This document shows, in pieces, positions 12,600 to 27,029 of a DNA stretch of 64,000 nucleotides. The position numbers and the translations under genes are program-made. The stretch is from Octopus vulgaris (taxonomy: Eukaryota): positions 82,770,001 to 82,834,000 of the forward strand of contig OX597825.1 of assembly GCA_951406725.2 (NCBI GenBank), read 5' to 3'. Each line of letters opens with the position of its first letter. Within the stretch, counting starts at the first letter, position 1. Under the pieces are notes generated by a model. It was not told where the DNA came from. It searched no databases and saw only the letters and a program-made list of their open reading frames with translations.

Positions 12600-14630
12600 A
12601 ATACTAGGTCTGAATTTTGGGGATGGAGGGGCTGTCTATTATGTCGACCCCCAAAGGTCAGCTGATTTTTCAGTTGATCATTTCCGAAAGGTGGTAAGAT
12701 AAAGTCGACCTCGGTGGGATTGGATTTGAGAATGTAAAGATTGACGAAGGGCAATTAAGCATTTTGTCCGCTGGTGTAACGGTTCTGCCTTATATAGGCC
12801 TACTACTGTGCGTACATGACCTGACAATTTAGAGAAGGGGTCGAGTCGATTTCAACGACACCAGTGCTCAAAGAAATTGGAGGCAGGTAGATATGGAGGC
12901 AGGTAGTATGTGGTTTCGATTCTTGGACCGGGTGACTCGTTATATTCTTGAGTAAAAAACGTCATTCCACGTTGCTCCAGTTCGCTCCGCTGACAAAAAT
13001 GAGTAATCATGTGACTCACGGTGGCCTCGTTCAGGCGGGGAATTTATACGCCATTGAAACCGGAAGACCAGCCCTTATCAGTCGGTATGACTCGAAGCGG
13101 TAACTTAACCTTTTTTTTTTAGGGCTCGAAGAAAAGCTGGGCGGAATTTGAAATTAGGGCATAAATCTGGAAAAAATGCTGCTAAAGATTTTGTTCGGCG
13201 TGCTTACAATTCTGTTGCTCACCGTCCTTTTAACCGAAATAATAAAGGGAAAAACTACCTCTAGCAGATTTCAATGTCAGGGTTTACGGAAAGCCCGAGG
13301 AAATACCTAAAGGGTGATGGTCATTACGACTCTACCAAACCACAAGGTAACATAATTAACACAAAATAATATAAGGTTTGTCGGGTGTTAAGTGTTTATT
13401 ATTGGCAAAATGACCCTCCCAATATACAACAAAATCTATTTCATTACAGGAGTTCATATGAAGAATCTGGCCGACGAAATATAAAGATGAAACCTATTTT
13501 ATCTGCTTTTCGCATTTTGTTTTTTCGTAATAGTTCAGAATGTGTAATTAATTTACTGTTTAGATTTATGTATCAGAAAAGCAGAGATTCAAAGATGGTA
13601 GCGTTAAAATATAATGAAACGACCCACACAAAACTTTGACAAGTTCAGAACTCTTTTAAATGAAGAAACTCTATACTTTCAGATTGTATAGCTTGAATTT
13701 TAATTAAAATTTTTCTTTCTATTGTTTTGATAAAAGAAAAATAAAAAAAAAACAAAATTGAAAAAAATTAAGAATAATATTGCAAAGATTTGTTAAGTCA
13801 ATACGTCTTGTCAGTTGTTATTTAACTAAAGATTACATTGTTGTCCCACAATCGCCATATTAACCACCGTCTCTGTATAAAACGATACAAACTACATTAA
13901 ACGTTTTCAATTATTGCGAATTAATCCCCTAGTTTTATTTTACAAAAAAATGTCTGCCAAATCTGTTGGATTATCAAAACTAATAACAATAATGGTTTCA
14001 AATTTTGACACAAGAGTAAATCGATTTCATTAACCCCAGGATTCAACTGGTACTTATTTTATCAACCCCCGAAATAATGAAAGGCAAAGTTGACTTCGGT
14101 GGAATTTGTACTCAGAACATAAAGCCAAACATTATGCCCGGTGCGCCGCTAACGATTCCGCTACCGTGCCGCCTCAATAATAATATCAATCCTTTGTACG
14201 ATACGCAAAAGTCCTGAAATTTTTGAGGGGCAGGAACTTGTTGAATGCATCAACCTCAGTACTTGACTAGCACTTCTTTTATCGTTCCCTAAAGGATAAT
14301 AGCCATAGCAATTTGAACTCAGAATGTAAAAGCAAACGGAATACCGCTAAGCTTGCCGTCTTAATAATAATAATGATAATAACAACAACAACAACAACAA
14401 CAATAATAATAATCCTTTCTATTATAGGAGCAAGGTCTCAAACTTGGGGGAAAGTATTAAGTCTATTTACATCGACCCCCATGGCGTAACAGGTACTAAT
14501 TTAATCGATCCCGAAATGAGGGAAGGCAAAGTCGACTTCAGCAGAATTTGAACTCAGAACGTAGCCGCAGACGAAATACGGCTACGCATTTCGCCCGGCG
14601 TGCTAACGCTTCTGCCAGCTCCTCGCCGCC
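12600..14630 (-). mobile_element. Cluster of older SINE family B copies (about 12600-12790, 13130-13230, 13990-14175, 14190-14360, 14415-14630)
   Basis: Recurrent gaaaggcaaagtcgacctcggcggaatttgaactcagaac variants. Confidence 0.75.
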
Positions 14631-14879
14631 TTAATAATAATAATTATAATAATAACAATGGTGGTGGTGGTGGTGGTGGTGGTATTATTTATGGTAATTT
14701 TGCTGTATAGCTTTTGTGTTATATATTCATCGAGCGTGTCAAAGGTTAAATAGGTTTTCTCATTTCTATGCTTCTCCGTTGGTTTGGATATTAAAATCCA
14801 TCAGACAATGAATAGCATTAAGTATAGGTCCCTCTTCTACTAACGGACCGACCCCCGACACTCGATAAGATAAGACTAT

Positions 14880-15173
14880 AACACCACCACCACCACCACC
14901 ACCGCCACTACTACTACTACCTCCACCACCACCAACACCACCTAACCACAACCACCACCACCACCACCACCACCACCACTACTACTACTACTACCTCCAC
15001 CACCACCAACACCACCTAACCACAACCACCACCACCACCACCACCACCACTACTACTACTACTACCTCCACCACCACCAACACCACCTAACCACAACCAC
15101 CACCACCACCACCACTACTACTGCTACTACCACCACCACCACCACCACCACTACAACTACTACTACTGCTGCA

Positions 15174-15229
<56 letters not shown>

Positions 15230-15232
15230 CAA
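14880..15232. repeat. Compound (CCA)n/(CTA)n minisatellite, three higher-order units of about 65-70 bp
   Basis: ctactactacctccaccaccaccaacaccacctaaccacaaccacc occurs three times. Confidence 0.9.
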
Positions 15233-15502
15233 TGCTATTATATCTACTGATAAATCTATGTATAATGGATAACGGCAGCAGCAGCAGCAGCAGCGATCGG
15301 ATTACTTATTATATTTTGTGGTATAAATATCAGAGTATGTAACCGTTGTAGTTGTATATAAGTCAAGTTAATAACAAACAACAACAACAATATCTTTTAA
15401 AAAATAATCTATTTTCTTTATTATATATTTGTAGTTTCTTTTATTTATTTTTATAAATCTTCTTTGTTTTTTTTTTTCGGTTAAGAAAACAATGTTTAGA
15501 AT

Positions 15503-15563
<61 letters not shown>

Positions 15564-16149
15564 AATAATAAACAATAAAAACAACTAAAGTTAGAACTTA
15601 ATCAATAGAAGAGATTTAATCATGGGATTTTATCGTTTTCCTCGGCTTTTCTGTGGCACCAAACAGTATTAACTGGTGGAGTGATATAACATAGAATTAT
15701 ACATATATACATAGATTCATACAGACATACATACATATATATATATATGATACAGATAGATTAATAGATAGATATGGATACATGTGTGTACGGGTGTGTG
15801 GAAATTACACGTTGCATTTGTATGTGATAGCTCAGTTTTTTTAACGATATGTTGTAGGGAATAGAGAAGCTATCACTTATGAGACAAAGTTAGTTTTATA
15901 ACAGTCTTTATATCGTATATATAAAAATATATACATATGTGTGTATGTGTATATTTACGTGTGAGTGGAAAAATGAACGAAAAAGGCCCTGAAATCATCT
16001 ACGTTGCAGGAGTTATATGTAGTTGATAATCTAAGCCTGTAAGCCTGAATGAAATGGGCTTTTAAAGGACCGCGGAACAACAAGTCACATGGAGTTGTAT
16101 AACACTCTTCTAATAATATATACATATATATATGTATGTATATATATAT

Positions 16150-16350
16150 GGGTGAATGAATTATCCATTGTTTACCGTTGACATGGAAAATTCAATAAAC
16201 AGATACCAGGGTAGCAAAATTCACGCAAGTAACAGGGATGTAGCGACCTACTCAAAGGTAGAAACTCCGGGTTAAAGTGCAGTAATTTGTGTATTATAAG
16301 TAAATAAATGGAGTTGAACATATACTTTCGACATATGTTTCGAAGACATA
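16150..16350 (-). mobile_element. Penelope-like terminal remnant
   Basis: Same family as 3170-3322; minus strand GAAAC-ATAT-GTC; abuts (TA)n. Confidence 0.5.
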
Positions 16351-17174
16351 ATCTCCCTCCTGACCTCAATTTCTTCATATTTGCTTTTTTCCAATTTTTT
16401 CCTTTAGGACAAAAAGAGAGAGTACGAATCCTAAAGAATTTTCTTATTCTTTTTTTCGTAAAGAAACACTAAAATCTCCTTCCCAAACATCCACCCATCA
16501 CCTCACCTCTTTCGAAAAGCTACACATTCCCTAAATTTCATATTTAGCTGTTTGGGGAAATGAAAACGAAAAATAAAGTCGTTTACCTTTTGTTTTTAGC
16601 ATGTCGGGTTTTCTGGTGGTGATCTGGCATTTATTACATCTCCTTTTTCAGTACAATTCTGCACATGCGTGAAACATCAAACAAAAGTGAAACATTGAGA
16701 GATTTTAGCTTCTTGAAAGCAGGTAGGTTATGGAAGGGTAAGGTGCGGAAAAGGGGCATTGAGTATTTCTTGAAGCCAAGTTTAAACTTTAAAAAAATAT
16801 ATATTTCCCAGATTTGTTATCTATATATTTTTCTACATGGATAAAAAAATATAATAAACTTCGAAAAGGTTACAAATTAAGAAATTGCGGTGAGGTCTGG
16901 GGAAAATTAAAATTTTGAAAACATGATTTCAGGGCAAAATCGTCTTAACCTTTCATACGAGGAAACAATACGTAATTTGTGATCCTTGTTAAGAACAAAA
17001 AGCAAATTGTACTCTCCCCACTTCCCTTTTAAACAAGCAATAACTTCCACGACGATAGCAATCCAGTTCACTACATATCAGCAGTGCCAATTCGGCCCAT
17101 AAGAAAAGAACAAATAATACGATGTGGAAATAGGGCATAATACTCGGACGACGCCGGGATGTATTTCTAGTTTA

Positions 17175-17216
<42 letters not shown>

Positions 17217-17219
<3 letters not shown>

Positions 17220-17372
17220 AGAGTTTACGAAAAAAAAACAAAATACGAAGACAGGTGGTGTACAAAATAAACAAACGTATTAGTATAACGCTCAGGAATA
17301 GAAAAAGTATTTTACGTGTCGAGCCTACGCTCTTCTACAGAAAGGGACACAGAAAAAAACAAGGAGGGAAAC
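17217..17372 (-). mobile_element. Penelope-like terminal remnant with degenerate hammerhead-like motif
   Basis: Inserted within (TA)n. Minus strand reads tctgtagaa-GAGC-gtag-GCTC-gacac-gta (stem II intact, GAAAC mutated). Confidence 0.45.
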
Positions 17373-17419
17373 ATATATATATATATATACATACAAACAT
17401 ACATACATACATACATACA

Positions 17420-17451
<32 letters not shown>

Positions 17452-18924
17452 CGCATGTATGTGATGGATGTGCGGCTGTGCATAGGGTTTTGCTGGCTTT
17501 TGTGAAATTTAGCAATAGCAACATTAAACCGAGAAACTACATAACACCAGACAGGAGTCTACATGTGTCATCAGACATACGGCCTTTCACTGGGTCAGTA
17601 ATTGCAAACTTTTCCGGGAAGCGTCCCCAGACCGGTAAACTCCTTTTGCTGCTATCGCCGTAACTCTGATGTTGTCAGTGCGTATACCTTCCGGCATTTT
17701 TAACTGTTTGGGAAAGTGTGTTTCGGTTTTTACTTAAAGGAACGTTCACACATCTTGGTGGCATCATTATTGCTTCAAACGGCTAGATGGGACGAGAATG
17801 AGTATGGTGGCGAAATATTTGTCATTCTTAATTGACTCCTGATGAGTAAGCCTCCATGCCCCACCACCACCACATCCACCACCATCATCACCACCACTAT
17901 TGTTGTAAAATATGAAGTATGTCTCCCACATCATTAAGCTCATATTTCCTAATTATATTCACAACGATTATGCCTGCCTTTTGAAATTATGTTCAAAATT
18001 TCAATTGCACTTTTGAGTTGTCATTAACCACCGCTTGTATCGTATTCACAATAGAAAATGTACTTTCACTTTGAGAATAAAATGCATCACACTTTTCGTT
18101 AATTAATTTAAATTTTGATTTCAATTACATTCCAGAAACGTCATTGAAACATATTATATTTTCTGTCGTTATTCCAATACGGCATCTACATCTAAAACAT
18201 TCGGCAGGCTTCCAACGGAGTCTTTGTGATATTTGTATTCTATAATGCTATCTTTGTCTTGATAATAAAGTAAAAGAAAAGAAACCATAAGAAGCTTTTG
18301 AAAGTTCACGTATGTTTTTCGTTTTAAATCATACGTAGAACAATGTCATTTTCAATGACTTTTCCTTCATCAAATACTGATATTCAACCATTTAATTAAT
18401 CGCTGTATTTTACATTGCTTTGTTGCATTTTATGATTTCAGAAACGAGAATTTGATGTTGCTTTCCTTGTACAGTGCAATGGCTTGTTTCATAGGGCATT
18501 AATTAGATAAAGATTATTACCTTCCTCAAGCAAATTTTTAATGAGTGAAAAAACAAATTGTGCTGTTTCATTCCGTCTTAATGATTAAACGATTATCCCA
18601 TATTGTACACATACATGTAAGTTGCTGATGAAGGGATGGCCACGAGTGGCAATAACGAATTAATTTTAAGGAGAAATATTTTTGCAGGTCATTTACTGTA
18701 AAAACCAGGATATCAAAAATAAAGATTTCCGTCAACACATGTGACGATGATGCAATCTGAGACAAAGTTTCTGATGCAATACATGAGAACTGGGAGGGCG
18801 CTCCAGCCATAGGAAATGTTAAGGAATTTACATACTAGACACAATAAAAAAATTTGTTAGTATCTTTCACATCATTAAGTTAAACGAATCCATCTAAGAA
18901 AAATTCCCTCTGGTGGACTAAATT

Positions 18925-19342
18925 AATACGTTACAATGCGATTTTGTTCCACCTCCAGGACATCCTCATCGAGCTTCCAGGACGAGGCTCATTTTCTAGG
19001 CTTTAGTTTCCAGCTTGGAATTTCTGGAACCACCATTGACTCTGGTTTACGTTTATTGTCCGATCCCCAAATACTGCATTAATATTCCTCACACTTTCCG
19101 TTGCGTTGTTGTCTTTATTGAACTCATAAAGCAAAATATGCAGAATATGTTCCTTTGTCACTTCCATTATAACTTTTAAAAAATAATTGTTAAAATAGAA
19201 CTGCACTCTTCATGACTTACACCAAGAATAAGTGAAGGTAAAATTACGGCCTGCTATTATTGTAAGCAAGCAGTTTATTCGTTCCTCGTCCGTCTTATGG
19301 CTCATACAATTGAAAAGACCACATTATTTATACAGTGACCCA

Positions 19343-19344
<2 letters not shown>
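18925..19344 (-). pseudogene. mariner transposase 5' fragment (HTH region) with left TIR
   Basis: MEVTKEHILHILLYEFNKDNNATESVRNINAVFGDRTINVNQSQWWFQKFQAGN*SLENEPRPG is a Mos1/SETMAR-like N-terminus. TIR-like ttgggtcac..tataaataatg at 19344. Confidence 0.85.
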
Positions 19345-19345
<1 letters not shown>

Positions 19346-19420
<75 letters not shown>

Positions 19421-19700
19421 TTGTGTATGTGTGTGTGTTTGTGTGTGTGTGTGTGTTTGTGTGTGTGTGTGCGTGTTAGTGCGTGTGCTTGTGTGCCTTT
19501 GTCTATGTCCCAAACCACTGCTTGATAACCGGTGTTGGCATGTTTAAGTCCGCGTAACTTAGCTGTTCGGCAAGAGGGGTGAGCAGAATAAGGACAGGGC
19601 TGAACAAAGAAAAATTTGGGATCAATTCGTTGGACTAAAATTCTTTGAGGCAGTGCCCCAGCATGGCCGTAGCTAGTTACTGAGACAACGATAAAAGAAA
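19346..19700 (+). mobile_element. (TG)n tract plus 3' half of SINE family A
   Basis: gcttgataaccggtgttggc...gtgccccagcatggccgtag. Confidence 0.75.
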
Positions 19701-19823
19701 AATACTTAAGTATGAGTTAAATAGGAAGGTCTCTCCTACCACTGTTAGGGCCTGCCCTGAAAGAAATGGAAGTGCAATTAGTATTATTCATATTTAATAT
19801 GAATAATTGATATTCTAAAGGCC

Positions 19824-20290
19824 AAGGTGGCGAGCTGGCAGAAACGTTGACTCGCCGGGCGAAATGCTGTGTGACACCCATGGGGAGTGTCTTCTACTAT
19901 AGCCTCGGGGCGACCAAATCCGTGTGAGTGGATTTGGTAGACGGAATCACCGCTTGGCAACCGGTGCTGGTGTGTTTACGTCTACGTAATTTAGCGGTTC
20001 GGCCAAAGAGACCGACAGAATAAGTACTAGGTTACAAAGACTAAGTGCTTGGGTTGATTCATTCGACTAAAAAATCAAGGTAGTGCTCCAGCATGACCGA
20101 AATATAATAACTAAAGCAGGTAAAAGAGAAAAGATAATCACAATGAGCAATAATATAAAATAATATTGGTCATCTGTCTTTAGGTTCTGAGTTCGAATTC
20201 CACCGAGGTCGACTTCACTTTTCATCGTTTCGTGGTCGATAAATTAAGTACAAAATTTCGGGCGTTGTGCCTAGAATAGGAAAAGAATAT
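19824..20290 (+). mobile_element. SINE family B interrupted by a 5'-truncated family A copy
   Basis: B head 19824-19868, A body about 19870-20130, B remainder from about 20168. Confidence 0.7.
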
Positions 20291-21069
20291 TGATTTCTAT
20301 CAATATCAGTATTATAAGGCTAGCAATTTGTGGGGAGGGATTAGGGGCTTTGCATCGAATTATCTCCTTCCTGCGAATTGCTCAACTGGTTTACCTTTTT
20401 ATCGACTCCGAATAGATGAAGGGCAAACGTCGACCTCAGCGGAATTTGAACTCAGAACTTGAAATTCTGCTAAGCATTGCGGTGTGATTGCTAACGATTC
20501 TGTAAAGCTTGCTGACTTATGAACATGATTTTGATTTCAAATTCTGGCACAAGCATAACGATTCCGGGAGAGTGTTTAAGTCGAATAGATCAATCTCAGT
20601 ACACAACTGGTACTTATTTTATCAACCTTCGGAACGATGAAAAGCAAAATCGACCTCAGCATATTTTGAACTCAGGATCTAAAGACGAATGGAATAGGGT
20701 CAAGCATATTGTTCGGTGTCTATACGACTTTGCCAGGTCGCGATCTTCTAAGTGAATATAATATTATGGTGCAGAAAAAGTTAATCTATTTCATTTCAAT
20801 CGTGAAGCATGAAAAGTGTTTAATTACTATAAAAAAATTGCAAAATGTGGCATATTTCTCTATTTTGATTAAACACTGAAGAAATTAATGATTAATATCT
20901 ACAAAACATTTCTTTTACAGTTTGTTTTGAATGACAATATGTGAAGATTACTTAGCATTGCAGGTTTCTTACGGCATTAAATAAACATATAATTAATTAT
21001 TCCAGTTATCGCTGACGTTGTATCTTGTTATGGTGGCAACATGGGTTTCGCAATGGCGATTACTTCTTT

Positions 21070-21530
21070 CTCTCCATGCTTCAACTACTGCCTCCTCCTC
21101 TTCCTCATCCTTTTCCTTCTCCACCTGTTCCTTTTGCTTCTCCTCCTCCTCTTCCTGATCTTCTGTCTGCTTTTGCTCCTTTTCCTTCTCCGGCACGTTC
21201 TCTTTCCCTCCCCCAGCTTCTCTTCCTACACCTGTTCATCCTCCTACACCTGCTCCCCCTCCTGCATCTGTTCCTCCTCCTGCACCTGTTCCTCCTCCTG
21301 CACCTGCTCCTCCTGCACCTGCTCCTCCTGCACCTGCTCTTCCTCCTCCCACACCTGCTCTTCTTCCTCCCACACCTCCTCTTGTTACAGCTCCTCCTTC
21401 TGTCCCCACGCTTCTTATTGTTACACCTGTTTCTCCGGCTCCTGCTGCTGATGTCCCTCCCCTCATCCTTTCCTCCTCATCCTCCTCCTCATCCTCCTTC
21501 TCCTTCCCCTTCCTATTCTTCTTCTTCCTC
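21070..21530. repeat. CT-rich low-complexity tract with 15/18-bp (cctgcacctgctcct) units
   Basis: Direct reading. Confidence 0.9.
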
Positions 21531-24328
21531 TTTCCATGTTACAGACATTTATACAGATGTTCCGCTATTCGGAACAAATCTTCAATCAGTGATAGAAAAC
21601 TCAAGTGCCATATTTTCTTTCTCATTTTCCACACAGTTCCTCAAACATACAAGCATGTGTAAATAATTACATTCATACAGACACGCATATATATATATAT
21701 ACACACACGCACGCACATATATAATATATAAATATATGTGCATGTGTGTTCATGTATGTGTGTGTTGTACGTGTGTATAGAGAGAGAGTGGTGAAAAAAG
21801 GAAAAAACAATCGGTTTCTTGAATATATTTACATAATCTGTTACAGAATAATATATGATATAATCATGTCTTTACATCTGTTTCGAGGAATCCTATGAAT
21901 AAGGAATCTTATGAGATATATGTTGTAATTCTGTGTAAAAGTTATAAAGCAATATAGCAGAAACCATATAAGGAAACATAAGATCAGTAAACCTGAACCA
22001 TAAAGCAGAAGGATAGGTGGCAAATGCAAAGGAAGGAATGATTTCTAAGAATCCATAATGACATCAAGAAAGTGGAGAGAGAGAGAGAAAAAGCGGAAAC
22101 GAAATCTTAATGTAAAAAAAGACGTACGAATAAGAACGGTAGAACTCAAGACTGTGCGACTGTATCAATCAGGAACATAAACACTGTATGGGTTGGGGGA
22201 GGAAAATGTAGATAAGAAGAGAAGAACGGAAGAGATCTAGAAATGATGAGCTGTGAAGGCGTAGGAGAAAGGAACGTGTTCATAATGGGCAAATGGAAAT
22301 AATGTCCTGGCGCTTAATAAGAGCGATAACCTTAATATGTATTCTTATTGTTATTTAAGCATTTAAATTTGCAATATCAAAGTTGATGATATAGAATTGT
22401 GAGAGCAAATATTAAAAGACTCTAGAAATGCCAAAGGACCAACAACGATTTATTCGCAAAATCTGTATTATATATTGCATGATTCGTTAGAGACTATTAA
22501 GATAAATGATATGATGGAATATGTCAGACAAGTGTAAATAATCGATCTAAACGTAGTTTAATGATAGCGTTTAAGATCACAATTAGTGCGACTAATGTTA
22601 TTCACGTAAATTTAACCCTCTGCTAGCGGAAAGCCAATAGTGCACTGTCTGATTATATTTTATAATTTCAAAACAAGACTGGGAAATCGCTATCATATTG
22701 AAATCCATGAATAATATGAAATGGTATTCATCTCTGCAGATAAAATATTGCTGACGCATTCAATTAATGAGGGAATATGCAGAAGAATAGAGTATTTTTC
22801 CTGTGGTGTGTTCATTTATATTCTTCGTCATGTTTCGAAAAGTATTGCAGAGCTATTCCGATATAAAGCGATACAAACTGAGAACAATGAAATAAGAATA
22901 ATTATATGACGAACTTATGGTCAGTCATGGAACGCCAGCGCCTTGTCTTCTACGAGTACGTGCTTTTCATAAGTGTGCCTATTGTGAAAAGATATTCGGA
23001 GTTGATATAGATTTTCGTATCTTTACATATACTCACACATACACATGAACAAAGACATACACACACACGTACGACACACACACACACATTTACTATACAG
23101 AGAATAGGTGAGAGGTGCGATAATATATATAGTAGAGTTTAAAAGGGTTTAAACTTAAACTGTGAGCTCTCCGTCTGGAACGAGGCCCGAGACAAAAGAG
23201 CAACCCATATGCAGATGATACTGAGGTAGTATATTGACACATATTCATATAGACTGTTCATGTATGGATATAAGCGTCAGTGTATCTTAGGTCATGTCAC
23301 GTTTTGTTTTACGGGTAACATTTAACCCGGTATAGCTTGAAGCATCATCGAGCCGTCAGCGACAGAACCGGCAGCCCTCGCAAGCCTGCTTATTACGAGA
23401 GTGCTTCTTGTTGGACACACTGTAGAACGAAACAAACAAAATCTATCTAAACACGGATGACCGCTGTAGAGTCAAAGATCGTCAAACGGCGAGAAGTGAG
23501 GAACCTTAGTCTTTGTATTGTTATACCTGTACGAGAAGGAAAATTCTTCATTCATTGTTGTCGGCTATCGAGAAAATGAATAAGTCCTTTAGAGAGTGCA
23601 TATATATGTATGTCCTTTAGAGAAAGGACATGTATATGTATGTATATATGTATCCTTCCAAAATGCCTGAGAGAACTGCATGGTGTGGATGTATCATACA
23701 CGGTTCGAATCCGATGTCAATGAACATTATGTAGAGGAAAATATTGTGAGTAAGACGTGATGAAACTTGGGAGCTATGTAGACCCATGTCAGCGGAACCA
23801 TTCCTGTTCTCGGTGCCAACGTAAATCTGTGATCCGTTGTACAGATCTACGTTGCGAGCGTTCGATTCTTTAGCGTTCAGCGTATTCTACTCCTTTGCAG
23901 TATCCAGGGCAGACCTGTAAGCCATGAAAACCTATAACGTAATCCACATCATTTAACTCGCGCATAAAAAGCAATCATCTTTTGTGTGGTGTATGGCAAT
24001 AAAACAAAATTAGAAGCAGCGTAATAATTTTAAAAGGGCGACAGTTTCGTTGAATTTCTATTAAGTTAACAATTCATTTAATTGATGAGGGCGTGTTTTC
24101 ATGCAGTTGCGTGAAGATGTTCCTCGAACATGCTAGGGAAAATGAAATCTAAACGAATGAGATGTGTTCGGAGGAGGATGGGGAATTAACGGGTGAGTAC
24201 AGCAGAGGATGAAGAAATGAAGAACAAAACATCTAATTTTTGGAAATAAAACAAAGGCATTTATCATATATTAACATCTTCAAATTCAGTACCACCAAAC
24301 TTCATTTCAATATTTATATATTTATTAC

Positions 24329-24990
24329 GGCGGCGAGCTGGCAGAATCGTTAGCGCGCCGGGCGACATGCTTTGCGGTATTTCGTCTGCTGTTACGTTCT
24401 GTGTTCAAATTCCGCCGAGGTCGACTTTGCCTTTCATCCTTTCGGCGTCGATAAATTAAGCACCAGTTACGCACTGGGTTCGATGTAATCGACTTAATCC
24501 GTTTGTCTGTCCTTGTTTGTCCCATCTGTGTTTAGCCCCTTGTGGGTAGTAAAGAAACAGAAATAGGTATTTCGTCTATCTTTACGTTCTGAGTTCAAAT
24601 TACGCTTAGGCCGACTTTACCTTTCATTCTTTTGGGATCGATTAAATAAGTACTAATTACGCACTGGGTTCGATGTAATTGACTTAATCCCTTTGTCTAT
24701 CCTTGTTTGTCCTCTCTGTGTTTAACTCCCTAAGGGCAACAAAGAAATAAATATTTATAGATTTATTACGGCGGTGAGCTGGCAGAAGCGTTAGCACGGT
24801 GGGCAAAATGCTTAGCATTTCTTCGTCCATCTTTACGTTCTGAGTTCAAATTCCACCCAGGTCGACTTTGCCTTTCATCCTGTCAGAATTGATAAAAGAA
24901 GTACCAGCAGAGCACTAGGGTTCGATATAATCGACGTTACCTCACCCCCTCCAGACTGCTAGACTTAATCCAAAATTGGAAATCAATATT
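24329..24990 (+). mobile_element. SINE family B trimer (head + headless unit + older copy)
   Basis: Heads at 24329 and 24769. The flank aatatttata.atttattac is duplicated before both. Confidence 0.92.
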
Positions 24991-25010
24991 TAAACTGTTA
25001 TTTCATCATA

Positions 25011-25265
25011 CATGGCCTAGTGGTTAGAGCAGCGGTCGAGGGATCGCAGGTTCGAATCTCAGACCGGGCGATGTGTTTGTTTATGAGCGAAAACACCTGA
25101 ACTCCACGCGGCTCCGGAAGAAGGCAATGTCGAACCCTCTACTGACTCTTTCGCCATGACTTTCTCTCACTTTTTCCTCCTCCATATTGCAGCTCACCTG
25201 CGATGGACCGGAAAACCGGGAAACCGGCCCTTATGAGCCAAACGTAGCTCGAGAAGGAACAAACA
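25011..25265 (+). mobile_element. SINE family C-related copy
   Basis: TGGCCTAGTGGttagagc...GGTTCGAATC...gagcgaaaacacct.aactccacgcggctcc. Confidence 0.8.
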
Positions 25266-27029
25266 ATTTCATCATAAGACACGTTGATGAAGTAATCCCA
25301 GATCAGCAGCGATCAAGGAGGCATATATTAAAACGCATTTACACACATACTTACACATTTATCCGATCTTCTTATATCTTTGTTTTTGTCAGAGACCATC
25401 TTGGATTATACTACGGAATGCTACTCTTTTTCGTCTGACGATAATGTATAATTTCAGAGAGATATGGTTGCTACACCAAACGGCTCGCGTGGCTGTGTAA
25501 AGATTCCATCGTTATTTCGATCAACATGTGAAATATATTATGTTGCAATAATTTTCTCCACGCCTGAATGTTACCCATTAAGTTGACTCATATATAACAT
25601 GATTAAATATTTAACCATATTCACTCAATCGTGAAGTAGGCGTGGCGTTTTGTTTAATATAGCTTATGGAAGCTATATTGTAAGTAATACGTCTCCAAAG
25701 AATAATAACGATCAATGATTGTGAAGATGTACGCCTGGACCGTTATCGGGTGGACCAGCTGTTTTTATTTTATTTATATATATATTTATATATTTATTGT
25801 AATTATATTTCTAATTGCTTTATCGAATAAAAGTGTTCTGGACTTTGTTGAAGCACTATTAGTTGATTTCTAACGACAATTATTATTCTTAAACGGAGCG
25901 ACCAGTAAATGAACCCGAAATTATTGTTCGAGTCAGCCGCCACATCGGCCCCTTCGGCATCTTTGCCCCTTTTGTCAAATCTCATTGAAGCTTTGGATGG
26001 GTTTTAATTGCTATAATTTTCTCCTCACCCAAAAACTTCTAATATTAACTACTACAGATGTGTTTACACAACATTCTAGTTTCTCAATCATCTACTTACA
26101 CAAGGCCAACCATATTATTACATGATTACAAGCCTGTCCTCTCTTCAAAGTCACCATTATTTCATTGATCTTGTTTTTATTATTTAGCCTTTGCGAAATG
26201 TTGCGCCATAAAATTGGTTCCCCTGTTTTTCAAACTAATATTATCCCGCGTTGATTAACCTCAGAAGCCACATATTAATGTGTACAATGGGATCGAATGG
26301 ATGCAACATTTCTTTCCTGGCAACCAATCGCAGAGGAATTCTTCCTTTCTTTTTTCTTTTCCATTTTGACGGAAGTTCATTTGGATATTAAAATCACCGC
26401 CGCTCGTAGATCCAGAAACAGCAATGAAGAAAACGATATTATTTTTCTGTTTGTAAGCAAAAGAAAGAAATTCTTTCCGCTATATTAACGGAGATTAATC
26501 TAATATACAAAGGTTTGTTTTTGATGTTGTTAAATACGTATATTTTAACTAAGATTTATATTAAAAAACATTCCTATCGATTAATAAGGCAAGTTACCAT
26601 CATTATTGAAACTACCCTATAATCCGAGTCTCTATGCAGTCGCTAGTCCTGCTAAGAATAGCAACTAAATTACGCTCAGTGTAATGTTTAATCGTAAAAG
26701 CAGAAATAAATACACATTGTATCATGTATTCAAATATAAGGAATTATGGAAAAAAAAGGAGTTATTTAGACTGCTCAAAATTAATTGGCTGCATCAAACT
26801 GACCGAGGACTAGAGAACACTATTGCCAATTTTAGCGACCATAATAGTTTCGAATTTCAGCACAAGGCCTGCAAATTCGAGTAAATATTTAAGTTGGTTA
26901 CATCGACCCCGTTACTCAACTGTCCCCGAAAGGATAAAAGATGACCACGGCGGATATTGAATTCAGAACGTAAAAGCGGGCGATGTGCCGCTAAGCATTT
27001 TGTCCGCCGTGCTAATGATTCTGCCTGAC

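Noticed and set aside
21025-21666. Metallothionein-like SSCTC ORF and 213-aa Leu/His ORF
   Set aside because: Products of a 15/18-bp CT-rich minisatellite; several frames are open and there is no supporting gene structure.
25803-25985. ORF starting MRFDKRG, reminiscent of a neuropeptide cleavage site
   Set aside because: Single instance, no amidation Gly before KR, no signal peptide and no repeats.
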